Below are positions 55,201 through 64,000 of a stretch of DNA of 64,000 bases, piece by piece. A model generated the notes under the pieces. The model saw only the letters and a program-made list of their open reading frames with translations. It had not been told where the DNA came from and did not search any database. The DNA is taken from assembly GCA_965223845.1 (NCBI GenBank), contig CBDCXR010000004.1, positions 3,968,001 through 4,032,000 on the forward strand, in the 5' to 3' direction. The stretch comes from Planctomycetota bacterium. GTDB lineage: Bacteria > Planctomycetota > UBA8108 > SXIK01. The position numbers and the translations under genes were made by a program. Positions within the stretch are counted from its first letter, which is position 1. Every line of letters begins with the position of its first letter.

Positions 55201-56362
55201 GGAATCGCTTTCCCGATCCGCGTTCTCCGCGAAGAAGGAGGAATCGGCCGAGGGGCAACCCGACGCTCTGCTCGCCGACGTCATCTTCGTCGGGGGCGAC
55301 GATCGTCTCGAGGGTTTGCTCGTCGCTGACGCCACCCTGGACGCGTTCGGGCTGAACCGTGCAGGAGAAGACCTGCTTCATGTCGTCGAGCGCCCGCGTG
55401 CGTCCCGTGATCCAGACCGTGTCGAGATAGCTCGACAGCGTCGATTCGGTCTCGAGCGGCTCGTCGATTCCGAAGCTCGAGATCACAAACTGAAAGAACT
55501 CGAGGGCATTTTGAAATCGCTTCTCCGGAGTCTTTTCGATCAACCGCAGGATGCCGCGCGAGAGATCGAGCGGGAGATGGGGCGCAATCTCGATCGGAGG
55601 AATCGGCGGCACCTCGACATGACTCTTCAAGATCTCGAGGTTCGAGCCGCCGACGAACGGGGCGCGCCCGGTGACGAGCTGGTAGAGAACGATCCCGAGA
55701 GAATAGAGGTCCGTACGCTGATCCGTCGTGGATCCGAGGATCGTCTCCGGTGCGACGTAGTAGGGCGTCCCGATGATCTTCTTCCCGCCGTAAGACTTCG
55801 CGCGCTTGGCCAGCCCGAAGTCGATCAGCTTCGCGATCGCGGGATCCCGTTCCGGACGCCGCGGGTCGCCGGTGACGAGAATGTTCTCGGGCTTGATGTC
55901 GCCGTGGACGACGTCTCGGGAATGAACGAAGGCGAGCCCGCGGAGGACTTGCAGCAGGATGCGAAGGAACGACTGGAAATCCTCGGAGCGGGTCAGATTG
56001 AGGGCGTCCGTCGTTTCCTTCCAGTCGATTCCGTCGACGAACTCGGTCGTGAAGAAGAGGTCCCCCGAGGCCGCGTCCGTCCCGAAATCGTACGCCGCCG
56101 GGACGTTCGGGTGCTTGAGACAGCTCATCGCGACGAACTCGTTCCGCAGCGTCCGCACGGTGTTCGAGTCGATGCGGTCGCGCCGAACGCGCTTGAGGGC
56201 CACACGATGCTCGGACCGCGCGAGGTCGCGTACGAGGTAGACCGCTCCCATTCCGCCCTGGCCGAGGCAACGCTCGACGGCGTAGCGATCGTTGATCACC
56301 TCGAGGGCGGAGGGCGCAGGACCGACTGCCGGTGCGGCGGTTTCGATGAGAGGAGTCGTCAC
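52259..56362 (-). CDS. Hanks-type Ser/Thr kinase fused to a STAND/AAA-like domain and TPRs
   Basis: LGQGGMGAVY, VALK, HGDIKPEN, DFG, GTPYYVAPE and DLYSLG motifs; GERGSGK; SDGN; FVHE; HFL; TPR array. Confidence 0.9.
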   Translation of the reverse strand: MTTPLIETAAPAVGPAPSALEVINDRYAVERCLGQGGMGAVYLVRDLARSEHRVALKRVRRDRIDSNTVRTLRNEFVAMSCLKHPNVPAAYDFGTDAASGDLFFTTEFVDGIDWKETTDALNLTRSEDFQSFLRILLQVLRGLAFVHSRDVVHGDIKPENILVTGDPRRPERDPAIAKLIDFGLAKRAKSYGGKKIIGTPYYVAPETILGSTTDQRTDLYSLGIVLYQLVTGRAPFVGGSNLEILKSHVEVPPIPPIEIAPHLPLDLSRGILRLIEKTPEKRFQNALEFFQFVISSFGIDEPLETESTLSSYLDTVWITGRTRALDDMKQVFSCTVQPERVQGGVSDEQTLETIVAPDEDDVGEQSVGLPLGRFLLLRGERGSGKRFLVDRLRMHVQTCGIPFLRFSCSEKPHSDEAALGRIVSDVSRLVWPSLRARLSTFYRGGKHFEVAAPDRGGKWSRGVQRAILDIVRGLVEVSRDLPLVICFSRLELAGATFTRFVETLVATQASEQIQGGRLFVVGSLGEREGVERGPFERLSNKRRLKAQVFEVVLRRHDESTVGRLLRQAFPGGRFPSVFARRLYEESDGNIVAVQEILSFLLRRGLLSRVPSGWVLDPEFESVELPGKIRRELQERLSRLSTDALHLAIALSCMQHVCVPEVAGQVAGLRAASIDGLKKTLLREGVLREAAGRTAEEELGFVHETAKSMLYGRIQPEKRAALHRRLGALLEEHFLAQGRVHHKELARHFLLCEQREKGMTYGLEAARAYASEFAVSEAIETYARVLDVAKGRQDLETQVRREMARLYLHVGDYAGVLQLSRTAGGEATERELDLHALRARTRLGRFADADAILAARTRRSETEAIVGDESEFEAERAWLELARGRNVTSLRACRAAFSGDMIEGDATRRAELELVAAENYDRLGDRDSSAASCQRAVRLLDAQRDDQLLAESLFCRGRYYRYRGNLRQALKQFQLSLLLRREQRAYDAQADCLLELARVEAELDCPQRARPHVEKALAVYERTGNLRGRVAALSLLGEVERWLGDYEASRHTIDRLLDACRRLGDLEYIEAAYSTLGAASADRGDTGTAERYVRKAQRALRRRRPLSAARSWSVYLQGEWSYQQGYFDRALEKCNQALRNALTSKQPRLVGAVLLLRGQIFDALDDQGEVRRNLTWLVDVATRNGLRVVEGRARMLEGALFAKKGQVDAAARTFETATNLFSDEGSERDLAWLYLEYGLFALRNRDEEQAFLNLTEGAFLAKKLDLAYLRCRFQVARGLFEAALEESENAERSLRVATKMAKRFGYRPLELRSHMFLRALLRNWGRLEEAEVEQASCGRLLEELRVDVPRRYRERFSGDGGRRELRQG

Positions 56363-56679
56363 GGCGGAGAGAGCGGTGTCGCGGGTGGGCGGGCGGGCGC
56401 TCTATTCCAATCGGCGAAGCATCGACGCAGCTTTCGCTTCGAGCGACGCTGTCTCCCGCCTCGCGGGTAGCGATAACACGCGAGGCGAATCCTCGAGTGG
56501 GGCGACGAACCTCGGCTCGTTTCCACCCGGACTTCGTCGCGACGGAGCCGAGGCACCAGCGTCGACGCGGTCTTCAGTCGGTGCCGACGACTTCGCGAGC
56601 GGAGCGACTCGTCCACCAGACTCTGAGGCCAAGATCGCCGACCCCGGGGCGGCCGGCTCGAGCGCACCGGGAGAAAGGC

Positions 56680-57798
56680 CTACTCCTGCCGATCCGTGCG
56701 AGTTCCCGCCGCCACGATATCGGCCTCCGTGAACACCGCCCGCCGGAGAACGGTTCGCTCGTCGGAAGTGTAGACGAGGTGAACCCGTCCGTCGCTCGTC
56801 TGCACGGCCGTCGGGTACGCGAACGATCCGGGTCCGGTCGCGACATCGAGCCGGTGCGGGTAGCTCCGGTCGCCGTCGGAGGACATCGCGACTCTGAGTG
56901 GAGTCCGGTCGCTGAGGCTCGCGTTGTAGATGAGGAGAAGCCGTCCGGAACTGAGCCGGATGAATTCCACTGCCGCATTCGGATTCGGGAAGGAGGAGTC
57001 GACGCCGCGGGACCACGTCCGGCCGCCGTCCTTCGACTCCGATCGCACGATGCGACCGTCCGGTCGACCGTCGTATCCGCCTCCGCGACGGCAATAGGCC
57101 ACGAGATGGCCGGGCGACAGCTCGACAACGGCGGGCTGAATGTTGCCGATGCGCGAGCGGATGCGCGCACTTTCCGTCCAGCGCGCCCCATCCGGACTAA
57201 ATCGAAAGAAGAGCGAGGTGCTGTCGGGGCCGACGTTCTCCGTGTCGTGCCCGGTTTCGTGGTAGACCGGGAGCAGGTACTCGCCGCTCGCGAGGACGAT
57301 GGGACGGCTTCGCACCATCAGTCCTTGCTCGAGACTGATGAGAAACGGATCCGACCACGTCACCGCGTCGTCGTCGCTGAACTTCGCCTTGATCCTCGAT
57401 GTCGACCACGTCGCGCCGTAGCGCGTGATGAAGAAGAGCCAAACGCGTCCGTCCGGCGCCTGCCAGACGACTCCGTTCCCCTCGGACCGATGCGGAGTGT
57501 CCGCGACGACGACGGGAGCCGACCACTGTTTCGTCCCCCGAGCGAGCCGGGACGCGTAGACGGCGGTATCGTCGGCGTACTCGGCCGCCCCGCCGTAGAA
57601 GACGAGGAAGAGATCACCGCTCGCGAGCGCTGTGAACGAAGCGGGGTGCTTGTACTTCCCGCCCGGATCTTCCGGACCGAGCACCCGCTCGACGGTGACG
57701 TCCGCGTCGACGAGAGCGCCGACGGAACAGAGCGAGAACGCCCACAGTGCCATCGCGGCGCGATGGCTCGCCCGACCGGTGAACGCGCGCGATCTCAC
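56680..57798 (-). CDS. BNR/Asp-box sialidase-family beta-propeller
   Basis: SDDDAVTWS, SPDGARWT, SKDGGRTWS and SSDGDRSY Asp-boxes; RTPL and AYP motifs; GTG start overlaps the upstream stop. Confidence 0.85.
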   Translation of the reverse strand: MRSRAFTGRASHRAAMALWAFSLCSVGALVDADVTVERVLGPEDPGGKYKHPASFTALASGDLFLVFYGGAAEYADDTAVYASRLARGTKQWSAPVVVADTPHRSEGNGVVWQAPDGRVWLFFITRYGATWSTSRIKAKFSDDDAVTWSDPFLISLEQGLMVRSRPIVLASGEYLLPVYHETGHDTENVGPDSTSLFFRFSPDGARWTESARIRSRIGNIQPAVVELSPGHLVAYCRRGGGYDGRPDGRIVRSESKDGGRTWSRGVDSSFPNPNAAVEFIRLSSGRLLLIYNASLSDRTPLRVAMSSDGDRSYPHRLDVATGPGSFAYPTAVQTSDGRVHLVYTSDERTVLRRAVFTEADIVAAGTRTDRQE

Positions 57799-58823
57799 GG
57801 CTTGCTCCTCGACTGAGTGGGGAACGTGCGGGAGTGGTCGCGCGACGGCACGCTCACGGTGTAGCTCTTCCCGTCCCGAGCGACCGTGAGCAGCACCGGT
57901 TCCGCCGAACAATCCTCGTCCCAATTGGCGATGTGGTCGGGGAAGGTGTTCCCGCCGGGATCGCGAACGTTCCGGTGGAGCTGGTAGATCGCCTCGATGC
58001 TCGGGGTCGAACGAAGAGTCGAGACCGTCGCGGGCGCCGTCCCTTTTCGGGCCCCGTTGTTCATGATCGCGACCCGCGGTTTCACGCTCTTTACGAGCAC
58101 GGGGTTGTTGCTGCTCGAAAGACCGTGGTGATCGACCTGGTAGACGTCGACCTCACCGACGACGTTGATCGGACAGACAAGCTCTTTCTCGAGATTCCAC
58201 GTGAGGTCCGCGGCATCGAGAAAGCGAAACTCGCCGTACGAAAGGAGGAGAACCGTGCTGTTCGCGTTCTGGGATTCGTCCTTCGCCTTCTCTTCGTGCT
58301 CGCTGCAGATCGGGTTGGACGAGCTTCCCACTCCTCCGGACACGAACTTTTGCGCCGCCCCCAAGCACTGAAGTCTGAGCGGAGGACCGTCCGTCTGACG
58401 GAGCGAGATCTCGCTGCCCGGCTCGAGCACCGTGCGCTTTCCCTCCGCGGCGTTCCGGTAAGGAGCGATTCGGCGTGCGAGTCGCTCATTCCCTTCCGGA
58501 ATTCCGGGATCGTAGAACCGGCCGATCTCGACGCGCCGGGAGAGATCCGCCGCGCCGCCGTAGTGGTCGATGTCGAAGTGCGTGACGACGAGGTGGTCGA
58601 TTCGCTCAAGGCCGGCGGTCTCCTTCACAATGCGCTCGATGCGCGCGGGATCGCGTTCGCCGGGCATGCCGGTGTCGACGAGGACGGACTCCCCGGCCGG
58701 CGTCACGATCAGCGTCGCCGCGCCGCCTTCGACGTCGCACCAGAGGATTTGCAGCGGAGCATCGGCTCGGGCTACGGTCGCGATCCAAACGACCGCGAGG
58801 GTCCAACTCGGACGTAGTTTCAT
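57795..58823 (-). CDS. exported ComEC/Rec2-like metallo-beta-lactamase-fold hydrolase
   Basis: Signal peptide; DVEGGAATLI, LVDTG, THFDIDHYGG, NANS and DHHG motifs. Confidence 0.87.
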   Translation of the reverse strand: MKLRPSWTLAVVWIATVARADAPLQILWCDVEGGAATLIVTPAGESVLVDTGMPGERDPARIERIVKETAGLERIDHLVVTHFDIDHYGGAADLSRRVEIGRFYDPGIPEGNERLARRIAPYRNAAEGKRTVLEPGSEISLRQTDGPPLRLQCLGAAQKFVSGGVGSSSNPICSEHEEKAKDESQNANSTVLLLSYGEFRFLDAADLTWNLEKELVCPINVVGEVDVYQVDHHGLSSSNNPVLVKSVKPRVAIMNNGARKGTAPATVSTLRSTPSIEAIYQLHRNVRDPGGNTFPDHIANWDEDCSAEPVLLTVARDGKSYTVSVPSRDHSRTFPTQSRSKP

Positions 58824-59171
58824 GATTGGCTCTCCGGATGGGGGAAATCTAGTGCTCAAGAGCTCGTTAGAAAAGCAATCCGAGCGGAACCGGATCGATG
58901 GCGCTCCGATGAGCCGCGCCAGGCGCGGACACACCGTAGTGATCGAGCATCCATGCGGCCGAGCTGAGCGTGAAGGCGCTGCGTTCTCGGCCCACCGAGT
59001 TTCCCGAGCGGGCGGTCAGCATAGCCGACCGGAAGAGTCCGAAAAAGTCCGCAGAAACGACTCTCACACACGGAACGGGCGCGACAACTGCCGAAGGAGG
59101 AAGAAACCCGCTCGCCATCTTCAGGGGGCCGCGCGTGCGGGCAGCCCCGGATCACTCTCCTCGACGCCGGC

Positions 59172-61088
59172 ATGAACGCGCCTTCGCATCGATTCGCCTT
59201 CGCACCCGCCGTACCCGCTCCAATCGTCGCCGGCGCCGTCCTCGCCGCGTGCGGGATCGCCGCGTACGCGAACAGTCTCTCGGCCCCGCTGATCTTCGAT
59301 GATCTCGACTGGGTCTTCAGCGAATCGAGCGCACGCATCTGGCCGCTCGCGACCAACCGCCCCATTCTAAATCTCACGTTCGCTCTTCAGCGTGCGTTCG
59401 GTGCCACCGAACCTGCCGCGTTCCGTGGGCTCAATGTCGCAATCCACATCGCAGTCGGTCTCATTCTCTTCGCTCTCGTGCGTCGCACTCTCCGTGCGAA
59501 AAGCAGCGATCGATCGCCGCGTCACGTCGATGGTCTCGCGCTAGTCGCGAGTGCGCTCTGGCTCACGCATCCGCTCCAGACCCAGAGCGTCACCTACGTC
59601 GTCCAGCGCTCCGAATCGCTCGCGGGTCTCTTCTACATCTCTGCGCTCTACGCCCTCTCGCGCAGCCGCGACTCTCGCCGCCCCGCCGTCTGGTACTCCG
59701 TCGCGATCGCAACTTGCTGGGTCGGGCTGGGAGTCAAAGAAACGCTCGTCACCGCCCCGATTGCGCTTCTCCTCTACGATCGCGCCGTGCTCGCGGAGAG
59801 TTGGCGCGAGATCATCCGGAAGCGCTGGGCGCTCTACGTGGGTCTCTTCTCGTCGTGGGCATGGCTCGCGGCGAACGTCGCCCCCGCGCTCCACTCGAGC
59901 CGCGCGTCGGTCGGGTTCGCGCGCGCCAGCGTGACTCCCATCGAATATCTCCTCTCCCAGCCGGGGGTTCTCCTTCACTACCTTCGACTCGTCGTCTGGC
60001 CCGAGGCCCTCTCCCTCGATCACTACTGGACGATCGCGCGGGACGCGGGAACGATCGCGTGGCAAGGCGGAATCATTCTCGCGCTCGTCGCGTGGAGCTT
60101 CACTTCGCTCTGGTTCCGCCCCGCGGTGGGCTGGACCGCGTTCACGGCGTTTCTCATCCTCGCGCCGACGTCGAGCATCGTCCCGATCGCCGATCTCGCT
60201 GTCGAGCACCGCATGTATCTGCCATCCGCGTGCGTCATCGTGCTCGCCGTCGTCGGCCTCGATCGCGCAGTCGGTAGATGGAACGCGAGCCGGAGTGGAG
60301 AGCCCGGAAGGCTTGGGATTCACACGCGTCGCATCGCCTTCGCGATCTGCGGCGTCGCGATCGCGGTCTCGATCGGCCTCACGCTCCGGCGAAACGAGGA
60401 CTACAGCGACCCGGAACGGATGTGGCGATCCGTTCTCCAAATGAATCCCGAGAACCCGCGAGCGCACAACGAGCTCGGCAATCGCATGCGCGAGCTCGGA
60501 CGCGACGACGAGGCGCTGCTTCACTACCGCGAAGCGGTCGCGATCAGTGATCGGCTCCCCCACCGACCCCTCGCACCCTTTCACTACAACCTCGGCTCGG
60601 CTCTCCACGATCTCGATCAGCTCCGCGAAGCGATCCACCACTACCGCCGTGCGCTTCGGCTTCAGCCGCGGTCGACTCGCGTTCTTCTCAACCTCGGTGC
60701 GGCCCTCAGCGCGACCGGCGATCTCGCGGGAGCAATCGACGCGTACACCAAGCTTCTCAAGCTCCGTCCGCGCCACGGCCCCGCACTCAACAACATGGCT
60801 ATCGCCTACGCCGCCCAGGGTGAGCACGAGCTCGCCGTCGCGAGATTCCGCGATGCCGTGAGCGGCACGCCCCGCGTGCCGGGCGTTCGTCGCCGGCTCG
60901 CTCTCGCACTCCTCGCACAAGGGCAAACGGCGGAAGCCGTCGAGGAGTGGAACGCGATTCTTCGCGACGTTCGCCGCGCCGGAAGCGACGCGATCGCACG
61001 ATCAATTCGTGACGAAGCCCGCGCCGCGCTGGAATCGATCGGCGAATCGGAGTGGATCGGAAAGCTCAGCGCGACGGAGCCTCGTTGA
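59172..61088 (+). CDS. TMTC-like GT-C protein glycosyltransferase with C-terminal TPRs
   Basis: YANSL..IFDD, NRP, HPLQTQSVTYVVQRSE, KE and EHRMYLP motifs; TPRs AHNELG, HYNLG and LNNMA. Confidence 0.85.
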   Translation: MNAPSHRFAFAPAVPAPIVAGAVLAACGIAAYANSLSAPLIFDDLDWVFSESSARIWPLATNRPILNLTFALQRAFGATEPAAFRGLNVAIHIAVGLILFALVRRTLRAKSSDRSPRHVDGLALVASALWLTHPLQTQSVTYVVQRSESLAGLFYISALYALSRSRDSRRPAVWYSVAIATCWVGLGVKETLVTAPIALLLYDRAVLAESWREIIRKRWALYVGLFSSWAWLAANVAPALHSSRASVGFARASVTPIEYLLSQPGVLLHYLRLVVWPEALSLDHYWTIARDAGTIAWQGGIILALVAWSFTSLWFRPAVGWTAFTAFLILAPTSSIVPIADLAVEHRMYLPSACVIVLAVVGLDRAVGRWNASRSGEPGRLGIHTRRIAFAICGVAIAVSIGLTLRRNEDYSDPERMWRSVLQMNPENPRAHNELGNRMRELGRDDEALLHYREAVAISDRLPHRPLAPFHYNLGSALHDLDQLREAIHHYRRALRLQPRSTRVLLNLGAALSATGDLAGAIDAYTKLLKLRPRHGPALNNMAIAYAAQGEHELAVARFRDAVSGTPRVPGVRRRLALALLAQGQTAEAVEEWNAILRDVRRAGSDAIARSIRDEARAALESIGESEWIGKLSATEPR

Positions 61089-61506
61089 CGATTCGGTGTG
61101 CAGGCGAGTCCGAGTGTTCGTACTCGACGGAGATCGGATCCTCCTCTCGGGCACGCGAGCCATCTCGTTCGCGTTCGAGTCGACGCACGCGCTCCTCGAG
61201 AAGAGCTATGTTCTGAAGAGCGCGCGCACGAGCGCGTGCGTGGCGTGTGAGCGTCACCGAAACCGAAAGTGCGAACACGTAAATGAGGGAAAGCGCGAAG
61301 AAGAGCACCGCCGCTGGGTAGCTGAGACGCGACGCGTCCGCGATCGCCATGATCGCCTTGGGGAAGAGCCCGCAGAGAAGGAGGAGCACCGCGACGCCAA
61401 GCCACGCGACGGCGTATTTCTCGCGGAGATCGCGACTCCGGACCCAGTGGAGCGTCACGAGGAAGCTGACGATTCCCCCGGCGAGCATGCACGTCTCGGC
61501 GTTCAT
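61066..61506 (-). CDS. DUF2304 family membrane protein
   Basis: VRSRDLREKYA.AW, FP, YP and L.QNIALLE pattern; start overlaps the GT2 stop. Confidence 0.8.
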   Translation of the reverse strand: MNAETCMLAGGIVSFLVTLHWVRSRDLREKYAVAWLGVAVLLLLCGLFPKAIMAIADASRLSYPAAVLFFALSLIYVFALSVSVTLTRHARARARALQNIALLEERVRRLERERDGSRAREEDPISVEYEHSDSPAHRIVNEAPSR

Positions 61507-62255
61507 CCCGCGAAGCCCTCCCGGCGGCGGAGTCGATCGACGAGGATCGCGGTCGTGACCTTCACCATGTAATACGCTGCGCGGAGCGAGCCGATCGACG
61601 ATTCGCCGGCGCGGCGACGTTCCATGCTCACCGGCACCTCGCCGGTGCGGAGGCCGTTTCGCAGGCACCAAAAGAGCGACTCGGGCTCGGGGTAGTCGTC
61701 CGGGTAGCGGCGCGCGAACGCAGACCACGCGCGCGGTCCCGCGCAGCGGAGTCCGCTCGTCGGATCGGTGACGCGGCGTCCGGAGAGCGCCCGAACGAGC
61801 GTCGAGAGGAAACGGATGCCGACTCGCCGCGCCGCCGTCGATCGGAATCCATCCGTGCCGAGAAAGCGCGAGCCGACGCAGAGGTCGAGCTGCTCCCGCT
61901 CGCAACACGCGACGAGCTCGGGGATGCTCGTCGCATCGTGCTGCCCATCGGCGTCGAACTGGACGACGTAGCGATAATCTCGCTCCTCGCGCGCGAAGAG
62001 GTAGCCCGTCTGTACCGCGACGCCGATGCCGCAGTTCTCGGCGAGATGAACGACGCGGATCGATCTTCGACCGGGCGTGGCGGCGATCTTCTCGGCGACG
62101 ACTCCCGTTGCGTCGGTGGAGCCGTCGTCGACGATGAGAACGTCGTAGCCGGGCGGGAGCTGATCGAGCGCTTCGACCGACCCAGGGAGCGTCTCTTCCT
62201 CGTTGTAGGCCGGGACGACGACCAGATTCTTCACGGTGCCGGGTTCCGAAATCAT
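61503..62255 (-). CDS. GT2 glycosyltransferase (DPM1-like polyprenyl-phosphate sugar synthase)
   Basis: VPAYNEE, VDDGSTD, QFDADGQH, GSRF, DPTSG and R..GESS motifs. Confidence 0.9.
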   Translation of the reverse strand: MISEPGTVKNLVVVPAYNEEETLPGSVEALDQLPPGYDVLIVDDGSTDATGVVAEKIAATPGRRSIRVVHLAENCGIGVAVQTGYLFAREERDYRYVVQFDADGQHDATSIPELVACCEREQLDLCVGSRFLGTDGFRSTAARRVGIRFLSTLVRALSGRRVTDPTSGLRCAGPRAWSAFARRYPDDYPEPESLFWCLRNGLRTGEVPVSMERRRAGESSIGSLRAAYYMVKVTTAILVDRLRRREGFAG

Positions 62256-62519
62256 CTCAGACTGAGTTGCGAAAGACGTTCCTCGATGTTTCGGCTGTTC
62301 GCGCGGAAAACAGCCGATCTCATCCGTAGGCGGCCGAGTGCGTCGCTCGGAGTTGCGGCGAGCTGCATTCGAGTGATCGGCTCGGGCGCTCGGAGACGGC
62401 GCACCCGCGCTCCGTTATCGGCCGGAGTTTGAATGGGTGTCGGATCCGCGTTTGGGAGGTCCGATCGATCGAAGAAGCGGGAACGGGTACGGAAAGAGGG
62501 GCGAGTCAGGAAGCGCAAG

Positions 62520-63647
62520 GTGAAGATCTCGGTCGCTCTGTGCACTTACAACGGCGAGCGCTTTCTCGCCGAGCAGCTCGCGAGCATCGCGCGCCAGGAT
62601 CGCGCTCCCGACGAGATCGTGATCTCGGACGACGGCTCGACCGACGAGACGCTTCGAATCGCGCGAGAATTCGCTCAGTCCGCGGAGATTCCGGTTCAGA
62701 TCCATCGGCAATCCGAAAACGTAGGCTCCACGAAGAACTTCGAAGCTGCGGTCCGCCGCGCGAAGGGCGACGTCATCGTGCTCGCCGACCAAGACGACGT
62801 GTGGCGTGAGGACAAAGTCGCGCGACTCGAAGACGCCCTGCGCTCCCGTCCCGACGCGGCGTTCGCGTTCTCGAACGCCGAAGTCGTCGGTGACGATCTC
62901 TCGCCGCTCGGCCACGATCTCTGGGAAGCCGTTCACTTCGGCGGGGCGGAGCAGCGGCAGTTCGAGAACGGTCGCGCGCCGGACGTGCTTCTCCGCTACA
63001 ACGTGGTGACCGGCGCGACGCTCGCGTTTCGCTCCGAGTATCGCAATGCGTTGCTGCCGATTCCGCGCGGTTGGGTCCACGACGGCTGGATCGCGCTCGT
63101 TCTTTCGCTCCTCGCGCCGTGCGTCCCAATCTCGGCTCCTCTCATTCGATACCGTCAGCACGCCGCGCAGCAGCTCGGCGGGCGGCGGTCCACGCTCTGC
63201 GAGAAGATCGAGATTGCGCGATCCCAGGGAAGCGAGCATTTCCGTCGCCTGGCGCGCGACTACGCGGCCGCTCTCCGGCGCGCGCGCAAGCTGTCCGGTC
63301 GGCTACGGGATCCGGGCTGGATCGGCGCGCTCGAAGCGAAGGTGCGGCACCTGATCGCGCGCGCGGAGATTCGCAGAGAGTGGCGCCTGCCGCTGATCCT
63401 CAGTGAGGCTATGCGCCTCCGTTACGGGCGTTACTCGCTCGGATGGAAGTCGGTCGCGCAAGACCTCGTCCTCCGCCCGCGCGCGCGGGATCGATCGAGA
63501 GGGAAGGAATCGCCACCCTCACCACCGGACGAGCGGACGGACGACCGCGCGGTAGTAGAGCGAGAGGATCGGATTCCCGATCCAGCGAAGAAGCGGGTGG
63601 GCGATCCCCGCGTCTGCGAGCTCGAGTCGACCGGAAGTCACCGCTAG
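62520..63647 (+). CDS. GT2 glycosyltransferase (rhamnosyltransferase-like)
   Basis: ALCTYNGERFL.EQL.SI, SDDGSTD, ADQDDVW, GATLAF, HDGW and YRQH motifs. Start placed at GTG 62520. Confidence 0.88.
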   Translation: MKISVALCTYNGERFLAEQLASIARQDRAPDEIVISDDGSTDETLRIAREFAQSAEIPVQIHRQSENVGSTKNFEAAVRRAKGDVIVLADQDDVWREDKVARLEDALRSRPDAAFAFSNAEVVGDDLSPLGHDLWEAVHFGGAEQRQFENGRAPDVLLRYNVVTGATLAFRSEYRNALLPIPRGWVHDGWIALVLSLLAPCVPISAPLIRYRQHAAQQLGGRRSTLCEKIEIARSQGSEHFRRLARDYAAALRRARKLSGRLRDPGWIGALEAKVRHLIARAEIRREWRLPLILSEAMRLRYGRYSLGWKSVAQDLVLRPRARDRSRGKESPPSPPDERTDDRAVVEREDRIPDPAKKRVGDPRVCELESTGSHR

Positions 63648-64000
63648 AAGCTCACGATCGGGGCGCCGACGCAGCGATCGCACGGATCGTCGTTTTCCCC
63701 ACCATGTGCGCCAGCTCTCCGCTCGCGTCCAGTAGCGATAGACGCGGAGCCGCTCGCGGAGCCATCCGGACCGCCACGCGAAGAAGAAGAGTCCGATCTC
63801 GAGGAAGAGAGCCGCCGGGAAGAGAAGAGCGAGCGTCGGGAGGCGGAGAAGCTTGAGCATGACGGCGTAGCGATTGCGCTCGAGCCAGTAGAACTTCTCG
63901 AAGGCGCGCGCGAATTCGTAGCGGTGATAGAACTTCGAGGCTGCGACGGTCACGACTCGCTGTCCGGCGAGTCGTACTCGGCAACAGAACTCGAGGTCTT
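63519..64000 (-). CDS. GT2 glycosyltransferase, C-terminal part (truncated by window end)
   Basis: Frame is open to the window edge: DLEFCCRVRLAGQRV...FYH.Y...YWLERNR, typical of GT2 C-termini. Confidence 0.75.
   Translation of the reverse strand, partial: DLEFCCRVRLAGQRVVTVAASKFYHRYEFARAFEKFYWLERNRYAVMLKLLRLPTLALLFPAALFLEIGLFFFAWRSGWLRERLRVYRYWTRAESWRTWWGKRRSVRSLRRRPDRELLAVTSGRLELADAGIAHPLLRWIGNPILSLYYRAVVRPLVRW

Noticed and set aside
57795-58823. ComEC-like gene as evidence of natural competence
   Set aside because: Only the exported MBL domain is present, with no competence membrane domain or other uptake genes.
58824-59171. Larger intergenic gaps (also 46157-46621, 56363-56679, 14759-15241) as possible RNA genes
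   Set aside because: No tRNA cloverleaf or recognisable riboswitch/ncRNA motif by eye; an Infernal scan would be needed to exclude them.
1-64000. Very frequent TCGA/CGCG/GATC words
   Set aside because: Uniform across the window and explained by codon usage (CTC GAG, ATC GAC, GTC GAC); not a local element.

Overview
A 64 kb, very GC-rich (roughly 68% by eye), densely coding bacterial window. Gene content suggests Planctomycetota/PVC (inference): a PVC-type CxxCH heme protein, several PQQ-like beta-propellers, a DUF997-PanF pair and a DUF455 protein. I saw no rRNA, tRNA, CRISPR array or mobile element. Housekeeping genes (trpS, hemF, acyl-CoA dehydrogenase, symporters, lemA/htpX, glycosyltransferases) surround two unusual loci. 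(1) A 61-aa ORF ending in ...ASDYPARFQVGSGAE resembles a divergent Pup/UBact tag. It lies directly upstream of a PafA/Dop-family ligase that carries a transmembrane insertion, with no proteasome genes in the window. This is a candidate membrane-tethered pupylation-like system. (2) A ~20 kb co-oriented cluster is built on poly-gamma-glutamate (CapB/CapC) enzymes with large fusions: a HEAT-repeat-CapB, and a CapC carrying two degenerate hydrolase-like domains. It also encodes a free hydrolase-like paralog, a giant TPR plus putative beta-barrel protein, a CHASE2 pseudo-histidine kinase and a lone receiver. This is a candidate diderm synthase-dependent polyamide secretion system. Other points of interest are a DUF455 diiron plus ATP-grasp gene pair and an acidic membrane lipoprotein with eight TQxL-type repeats next to a Ser/Thr kinase-STAND-TPR protein. 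All family calls come from motif recognition by eye; no searches were run.
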